Below, piece by piece: positions 58,383 through 64,000 of a stretch of 64,000 bases of DNA. The stretch is from NCBI GenBank assembly GCA_041752695.1, contig JBGSVZ010000047.1:32001-96000 (forward strand), given 5' to 3'. Each line of letters opens with the position of its first letter. Position 1 is the stretch's first letter. Below the pieces are notes generated by a model. The model ran no database searches. It saw only the letters and a program-made list of their open reading frames with translations, and had not been told where the DNA came from. Made by a program: the position numbers and the translations under genes. The stretch comes from Terrimicrobiaceae bacterium. Its GTDB lineage: Bacteria > Verrucomicrobiota > Verrucomicrobiia > Chthoniobacterales > Terrimicrobiaceae.

Positions 58383-59474
58383 ATGTCCAGTTTGTTTGGC
58401 GAAGTGTTTCGAATTTCGACGTGGGGCGAGTCCCACGGCGGCGGGGTGGGTGTGGTCATTGATGGCTGCCCTCCGCGCCTGCCTTTGTGCGAAGCCGACA
58501 TTCAGCCCGACCTCGACCGGAGGCGCCCCGGCCAGAGCGACATCGTCACTCCGCGGAAGGAGGAGGATACCTGCAAGATTCTTTCGGGAGTCTTCCAAGG
58601 GTTGACTCTCGGCACTCCGATTTCTGTCTTGGTGCCGAACACGGACGCCCGCCCCTCGGCCTACAGCGAGATGGAGACGATGTTCCGTCCGTCCCACGCG
58701 GATTTCACCTATCAGACGAAGTACGGGGTGCGCAACTGGGAGGGTGGGGGACGTTCTTCGGCGCGTGAGACGATCGGACGCGTGGCGGCCGGAGCTGTGG
58801 CCAAAAAAATTCTGCGCACACTTTATCCGCAGTTGGAAATTCTCGCCTACGTCACCGCGATCCATGACATCACGGCAAGCGTCGATCCCGCCGCGGTCAC
58901 GGCGGAAGAGATCGAGGTCAATATCGTGCGCTGCCCGGATGCCGCCGCCGCCGCGGCCATGATCGAGCGCATCAAGCAAGTCCGCAGCGAAGGAGACTCC
59001 GTAGGCGGGCTCCTCGAATGCGTCGCGCGGGGCGTTCCGGCCGGCCTGGGCGAACCCGTTTTTGATAAGTTGGAGGCCGATCTGGCCAAGGCCATGCTCA
59101 GCCTGCCCGCGACCAAGGGATTTGAAATCGGCTCGGGATTTTCCGGCGCAAAGTTGAAAGGGTCGGAACACAACGACGCCTTCCGCATGGACGACGGCCG
59201 CGTGCGCACGACGACTAATCTTTCCGGTGGGATTCAAGGCGGGATCAGCAACGGTGAGCCCATTATTTTCCGCGTGGCTTTCAAACCCACGGCCACCATC
59301 GCGAAGCGGCAGCAAACCGTGACGGTGGGTGGCGAGGAGGCTGAACTGGCCGCGCGGGGACGTCACGATCCCTGTGTGCTCCCGCGGGCCGTGCCCATGG
59401 TGGAGGCCATGACGGCCCTCGTGCTGTGCGACCACCTGCTGCGTCAGCGCGCGCAGGACCTTCTTCCCCGCTGA
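58383..59474 (+). CDS. aroC: Chorismate synthase
   Basis: GESHG, RPSHAD, RSSARET and RHDPC. Confidence 0.98.
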   Translation: MSSLFGEVFRISTWGESHGGGVGVVIDGCPPRLPLCEADIQPDLDRRRPGQSDIVTPRKEEDTCKILSGVFQGLTLGTPISVLVPNTDARPSAYSEMETMFRPSHADFTYQTKYGVRNWEGGGRSSARETIGRVAAGAVAKKILRTLYPQLEILAYVTAIHDITASVDPAAVTAEEIEVNIVRCPDAAAAAAMIERIKQVRSEGDSVGGLLECVARGVPAGLGEPVFDKLEADLAKAMLSLPATKGFEIGSGFSGAKLKGSEHNDAFRMDDGRVRTTTNLSGGIQGGISNGEPIIFRVAFKPTATIAKRQQTVTVGGEEAELAARGRHDPCVLPRAVPMVEAMTALVLCDHLLRQRAQDLLPR

Positions 59475-60406
59475 TGGCTGAAGGATCGCCAATGTGGCAG
59501 GGCGGATTGCTCCTGACTGCCGTGCTTTTTCTGGCTTTTGAAATCTGGCGGGGTTGGCGTGCCGGCGTGGCGCGGGCGGGCATCAACTTCGCCGCCATGG
59601 TCCTTTCGACCCTTGCGGCGATGTTCGCCGGGCAGATGGCAGCGGCTCCGTTCGGCGGATTCAAAGATCCGGGCGGATTTCTGGCGGCGCTGGTTTTTGG
59701 GGGTGGGCTTGGCACCTTCGTTTTTGTGGTCCTCTGGCTCACCGGAATTATTTTTTTCAAACGCACGGACCATCAGGGTTCCGGACTCGTGCGGTTTTTT
59801 TGGGGGGCGGGAGGGGCGTTTTTCGGGCTCCTCATCGCCGTGGCGGTTCTCTGGGGTGGCATTTCGGTGATTCGCAGCATGGGCGCTCTGGCCGAGGCCC
59901 GGGTGGAAGTGGCCCGGGAAGCCGCACCCCAGCCCGCCGTGGCGGGAGGCGCTGCTGTGGCCCCCACGCCCCCGCCGCTGGCCAGCAATATCCTCAAACT
60001 GAAGGAGTCTCTCGAACTCGGGCCGGCGGGGAAATTTGTCGAGTCCGTCGATCTGATGCCGGCGGATTTTTACCAGATCATCGTGGAGGTCGGACGCCTC
60101 GCCAGCGACCAGCAGGCCCTCATTCGATTTTTGGAATATCCGGGCATGAAGGAAGTTCTGCAAAACTCCAAGTTGGCGGAACTGCTGTCCGACCCCGCGA
60201 TCGTGAAAGCCGGAGAGGAGAAAAATATCACCGCGCTGATTTCCAATCCCAAACTCCGTCAAGCTGTGGAAGATCCGGCCCTCGCCGAACAGCTCAAAAA
60301 AGTGGACCTTCGCGCCGCGATGAAATACGCGCTGGAAAAACCAGCGCCCCAAGCGGGCGAACGCTCAACGCCCAACGCTCAACGTTCAACGCCGAAGTCT
60401 GAGTAA
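59474..60406 (+). CDS. CvpA (colicin V production) family membrane protein
   Basis: GWRAG after the first TM, four TMs and a GAFFG motif. Confidence 0.7.
   Translation: MAEGSPMWQGGLLLTAVLFLAFEIWRGWRAGVARAGINFAAMVLSTLAAMFAGQMAAAPFGGFKDPGGFLAALVFGGGLGTFVFVVLWLTGIIFFKRTDHQGSGLVRFFWGAGGAFFGLLIAVAVLWGGISVIRSMGALAEARVEVAREAAPQPAVAGGAAVAPTPPPLASNILKLKESLELGPAGKFVESVDLMPADFYQIIVEVGRLASDQQALIRFLEYPGMKEVLQNSKLAELLSDPAIVKAGEEKNITALISNPKLRQAVEDPALAEQLKKVDLRAAMKYALEKPAPQAGERSTPNAQRSTPKSE
60360..60394 (+). repeat. Five-copy 7-bp tandem repeat (AACGYYS)
   Basis: AACGCTC AACGCCC AACGCTC AACGTTC AACGCCG at the 3' end of the CvpA-like ORF. Confidence 0.75.
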
Positions 60407-60435
60407 AGTTTTCAACCTCCAATCCATTCATTCCC

Positions 60436-61893
60436 ATGCCCGACTACATTGCCACCATCGGCCTCGAAGTTCACGTCCAGCTCAAGACCCGTACAAAAAT
60501 GTTCTGCTCCTGCGCGGTCGAGTACGGAGCGGAGCCGAATACCAACGTCTGCCCCGTCTGCCTGGGTTTACCCGGGGCGCTTCCCGTGATGAACGACGAG
60601 GCCCTCCGCCTCACCACGCTCGCCGGGATCATGCTGGGCTGCACCACGCCCGCCACGTGCAAGTTTGACCGGAAAAATTATTTCTACCCGGACATGCCGA
60701 AGAACTACCAGATCAGCCAATACGATCTGCCTCTCTGCCTTGGCGGTGCCGTCCCCCTCCACGATCTCGCTTACCCGAAGGACGCTCAGAAAACGATTGA
60801 GACGAAGGACAAACACATTGCCCTCACCCGCATTCATCTGGAGGAGGATGTGGCGAAAAGTTTCCACATGGAAAGCGCCACCGGCATTGATTTCAACCGC
60901 GCCGGCACGCCGCTGATGGAGATCGTCAGTGAAGCCGAAATCGCCAGCCCGGAGGAGGCCTTTGCCTACCTCACCGTTCTCCAGCAGGTCATGATCTACG
61001 GCGGCATTTCCGACGCCGACATGGAGAAAGGCCAGATGCGCTGCGATGTGAACGTCTCCGTGCGGCCCGCTTCCACGGATCAGTGGGGCACCAAAATCGA
61101 ACTGAAAAACCTCAATTCGATCTCCGGTGTCCGTCGCGCTCTGGCGTTTGAAATCCCCCGCCAGATCGAGGCGCTCGAAGCTGGTGTTGTCCTCGATCAG
61201 GAAACCCGCCGGTGGGACGATGTCCGCGGCGAAACGACGCTCATGCGCATCAAGGAAAGCGCGCACGACTATCGTTATTTCCCCGATCCCGATCTTCTCC
61301 CCGTCCATACCGCAGAAATTCTCGCCAGCGCCCAGGCCCGCAAGCCCGAGCTGCCCTGGGAAAAACGCTCCCGCTACGTGGCCGACTTCGGCGTGACCGA
61401 TTACGATGCGGCCGTACTGGCCAACGACCTCGCGCTTTCGCGGTATTTCGAAACCGCGGCCAAAGGGGCCAAGAAACCGAAAAATATCGCCAACTGGATG
61501 CTGAACGACCTCCAGAGCGCCCTGTCCACCGCGAGCAAAACGATCACCGATTGCCCAATCCCGCCCGAGGCGCTCGACGAGCTGGTCAACCTTATCGACA
61601 ACGGCAAGATCAACGGCAAACAAGGCAAGGATGTCTTTGCGGAAATGTTCACCACCGGGAAACAAGCGGCCGTGATCGTGAAAGAAAAAGGCCTCGAGCA
61701 AGTTAGCGACAGCGGGGCCATCGAGGCCCTCTGCGACCAGGCCATCGAAGCCAGCCCCAAGGCGGTGTCCGAATACAAGGCCGGCAAACTCGCCGCGATC
61801 AACGCGATCAAAGGCCAGGTGATGAAGCTCTCCAAAGGCCAGGCCAATCCGGCCCTGGTGAGCGAGATTCTGGAGAAGAAACTCGCTTCGTAG
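60436..61893 (+). CDS. gatB: Asp-tRNA(Asn)/Glu-tRNA(Gln) amidotransferase subunit B
   Basis: IGLEVHVQL, RKNYFYPDMPKNYQISQ and DYRYFPDPDL. Confidence 0.98.
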   Translation: MPDYIATIGLEVHVQLKTRTKMFCSCAVEYGAEPNTNVCPVCLGLPGALPVMNDEALRLTTLAGIMLGCTTPATCKFDRKNYFYPDMPKNYQISQYDLPLCLGGAVPLHDLAYPKDAQKTIETKDKHIALTRIHLEEDVAKSFHMESATGIDFNRAGTPLMEIVSEAEIASPEEAFAYLTVLQQVMIYGGISDADMEKGQMRCDVNVSVRPASTDQWGTKIELKNLNSISGVRRALAFEIPRQIEALEAGVVLDQETRRWDDVRGETTLMRIKESAHDYRYFPDPDLLPVHTAEILASAQARKPELPWEKRSRYVADFGVTDYDAAVLANDLALSRYFETAAKGAKKPKNIANWMLNDLQSALSTASKTITDCPIPPEALDELVNLIDNGKINGKQGKDVFAEMFTTGKQAAVIVKEKGLEQVSDSGAIEALCDQAIEASPKAVSEYKAGKLAAINAIKGQVMKLSKGQANPALVSEILEKKLAS

Positions 61894-62005
61894 CTCGCAC
61901 GACCCAGGAGCGACGCAGTTTCTGGCCGTCCGCCAAAACTTCGCGGCGGCTGACTCCTTCACGCGAAGGATGGACATTCCGCTTTTCAGCCGTTAGGTTC
62001 GTCGA

Positions 62006-62236
62006 ATGGTTCAACCTGAAGATCTGGTTGGAGAAGAGTGGGCTGATTGGTATCGTCTCACTCCCATTCAGCGCTGGCTCGAAAGTGAGCGGCTCTGGCA
62101 AACCTATCTTGCCCTGGGAGGCTCCCTTTATCCCGAACCCGATACGCAAAGTCCTTTTCACGATCCGCAAGCACCATGTTCGCTCCCTGCTCATGGGCGG
62201 GCAGGCCTGCGTGTTTTACGGCGCGGCCGAGTTTAG
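62006..62236 (+). CDS. Small protein overlapping the nucleotidyltransferase gene (antitoxin-like partner)
   Basis: 76 aa, WYRLTPIQRW motif; overlaps the downstream ORF. Confidence 0.6.
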   Translation: MVQPEDLVGEEWADWYRLTPIQRWLESERLWQTYLALGGSLYPEPDTQSPFHDPQAPCSLPAHGRAGLRVLRRGRV

Positions 62237-62879
62237 CCGCGATACGGATCTGGCGATCCTTGCCGACGACGAAAATCTCGCCCGGCTCCGGGAGGCTCTT
62301 GAGGAACTGGAGGCCGTTTCTATTGAGGTTCCCTCCTTCGAACCGGCTTACCTTCATGCCGGCCACGCGATTCATTTTCGTTGTCAACACCCGGATGCTG
62401 CGGGTATGCGGGTCGATATCATGTCGCGGATGCGGGGAGTGGATGAGTTTTCCGCTCTCTGGGAGAGGCGCACGACTTTTGAAATGCCGGACGGACTCGC
62501 TTGCGATCTGCTTTCCTTGCCGGATCTGGTTGCCGCCAAAAAAACGCAGCGCGACAAAGACTGGCCGATGATCCGCCGTCTCGTGGAAGCTCATCATTTT
62601 GCGCACCGTGCCGATCCCAACTCCGAGCAAATTGCTTTTTGGTTTCGGGAACTTCGCACTTCCTCGCTTCTCACGGAGTCCACCCGGACCTGGCCGGATG
62701 TAGTCAGCCAGTGCATGTCTCTCCGGCCCTTGCTTCGGTTTGCGCAGTCTGGAGATGAGCGCGCGTTGAGTCTGGCCTTGGAGGAAGAGCGCGTGGAGCG
62801 GGCCTTGGATCGTGAATATTGGTTGCCTCTCAAACACGAACTCGAACAGTTACGTCGGAATCGGAAAGAAAATTCCTAA
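62028..62879 (+). CDS. Nucleotidyltransferase-fold protein (start uncertain, probably near 62127)
   Basis: MGGQAC..YG...SRDTD signature and DLVAAKKT.RDKD. Confidence 0.75.
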   Translation: MEKSGLIGIVSLPFSAGSKVSGSGKPILPWEAPFIPNPIRKVLFTIRKHHVRSLLMGGQACVFYGAAEFSRDTDLAILADDENLARLREALEELEAVSIEVPSFEPAYLHAGHAIHFRCQHPDAAGMRVDIMSRMRGVDEFSALWERRTTFEMPDGLACDLLSLPDLVAAKKTQRDKDWPMIRRLVEAHHFAHRADPNSEQIAFWFRELRTSSLLTESTRTWPDVVSQCMSLRPLLRFAQSGDERALSLALEEERVERALDREYWLPLKHELEQLRRNRKENS

Positions 62880-62922
62880 GAAACCGCGCGCTCCTGCGTT
62901 ACCTCGGAAAGCCCTTCTTCCG

Positions 62923-64000
62923 ATGAAACTCCAGGACTCCCCGTTTCCCCAAAATCTCGCCGTCCGCCTCCGTGACCGGTTGGTCCAATCGCGGTTTCTC
63001 ACGGTTTCTCTCACGCTCCACCTTATCCTGCTGGTCATCCTTGCGACCATTGTGGTGGTAAAGCCGCTCCCGGAACCGGCGGAAATGACCTCCGATGGGC
63101 CTCTGGTCCAACCGGGCGAACCCGTGATTCCCCGTCCAGAGAACCCTTCTGTCACGGAAGTGACTCCCGCCAAACCTCAGGATTTTGTGCCGTCGGCCCC
63201 GGCGCTGAGTGGCCTGGAGGATATGATCCGGACCATCAACCGTCCCGGAGATACGCATTCCTTCGTTCCCCCTTCCATCGGGCTGGGTCATATGCCGACG
63301 GCGCCCGGCGATCCCCTGCTGGTGCCACCGGCACCCGCTGCCTCCGGCCTGAGCGCTCCCGACCGCGCCGCCATTGGGGGTTTCGTCAAAGGCTGGCGCA
63401 CCAACTCCCCGTCCTCCTCAAATCCGACGTTCGAATTCACCGCCTACATCGGCCGCTACGATGGCAATTGGAATTCGACCGTGCGGGTCACCAACGGCGA
63501 AATCACGGCAGGCAGCCTGCCCAATTTGCTTTATGTGACGAGCAGGTGGACGAAGGACCGGATTAAAACCAATGAGCGCAAGGTGAAGGCCATGCCTCTC
63601 GACAGTCCGGAGATTTTCGTCACCAAGCCGCCGTTTATTTTTCTGACGGGCACACGGGACTTCAAGCTCACGGATGCCGAGGTGGAAAATTTGCGCAATT
63701 ACATCAAGGTGGGCGGGGCTATCTGGGGGGATGGCTCGGTGCCCGGACCGCGCTCGGCTTTTGATCGGGCTTTCCGCCGCGAGATGGAGAAGGTTGTGGG
63801 GGGCGAGGAGAGGTTCCAGCCCATCGATGAAAAGCACCCGGCCCTGGCCAATGGCTATTTCCCCAAAGTGCGGGAGTTGCCGGCGGGGATCAATCACTAC
63901 CGCGAATCCCTGCAGGTGCTGCGCAAACATGGTGAGATCGCGGTGATTTACACCAGCAACGACTACGGCGACATGTGGCAGATCGGATTGGACAAGGACG
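62923..64000 (+). CDS. DUF4159-type membrane-anchored protein (3'-truncated by the window)
   Basis: SLTLHLILLV anchor, Pro-rich linker and PFIFLTGTRDFKLTDAEVENLRNYIKVGGAIWGD; frame open to the window end. Confidence 0.8.
   Translation, partial: MKLQDSPFPQNLAVRLRDRLVQSRFLTVSLTLHLILLVILATIVVVKPLPEPAEMTSDGPLVQPGEPVIPRPENPSVTEVTPAKPQDFVPSAPALSGLEDMIRTINRPGDTHSFVPPSIGLGHMPTAPGDPLLVPPAPAASGLSAPDRAAIGGFVKGWRTNSPSSSNPTFEFTAYIGRYDGNWNSTVRVTNGEITAGSLPNLLYVTSRWTKDRIKTNERKVKAMPLDSPEIFVTKPPFIFLTGTRDFKLTDAEVENLRNYIKVGGAIWGDGSVPGPRSAFDRAFRREMEKVVGGEERFQPIDEKHPALANGYFPKVRELPAGINHYRESLQVLRKHGEIAVIYTSNDYGDMWQIGLDKD

Noticed and set aside
56277..59492. 1071-aa minus-strand ORF, and similar long antisense ORFs at 14131-16212, 21162-22913, 26139-28001 and 60568-61977
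   Set aside because: They overlap well-supported genes on the other strand, have no motifs, and are expected in high-GC DNA.

Overview
High-GC bacterial chromosome, most consistent with a Verrucomicrobia (Spartobacteria/Chthoniobacterales-like) organism. This is inferred from the PEP-CTERM, DUF4159 and BatA proteins and the style of the intergenic repeats. The window has four parts. (1) 1-~6050: the right part of an integrated element. It encodes a Mu-like DDE transposase and AAA+ ATPase, a protease-less Mu-type capsid-scaffold-like protein and a capsid cement protein, but no major capsid gene in the visible part. It ends about 20 bp from the 3' end of tRNA-Arg(CCG) and is a candidate transposition-based phage satellite. 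(2) 6.2-17.9 kb: housekeeping genes (tRNA-Thr, tuf, tRNA-Trp, secE, nusG with an in-frame TAG, a radical SAM protein, a PocR-AraC regulator, pckG, a YidE-type transporter). (3) 18-53.8 kb: a large envelope/secretion locus. It contains a Ser/Thr kinase-PstS-OmpA fusion and a 26 kb operon (ShlB/FhaC, DUF2341-LamG-ExbB, ExbD, TonB, porin, PPIase, a 4119-aa filamentous haemagglutinin, two GT-C-fold glycosyltransferases, Sel1). It also holds a PstS/DING-like plus PEP-CTERM operon and two TPR paralogues. A recurring GTNAC-N6-GTNAC (Pho-box-like) motif lies upstream of these units. (4) 53.8-64 kb: tRNA-Arg(CCT), a hybrid histidine kinase, a BatA/vWA protein, aroC, a CvpA-like protein, gatB, a nucleotidyltransferase two-gene module and a partial DUF4159 gene. 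All family assignments are by eye from motifs; no database search was run.
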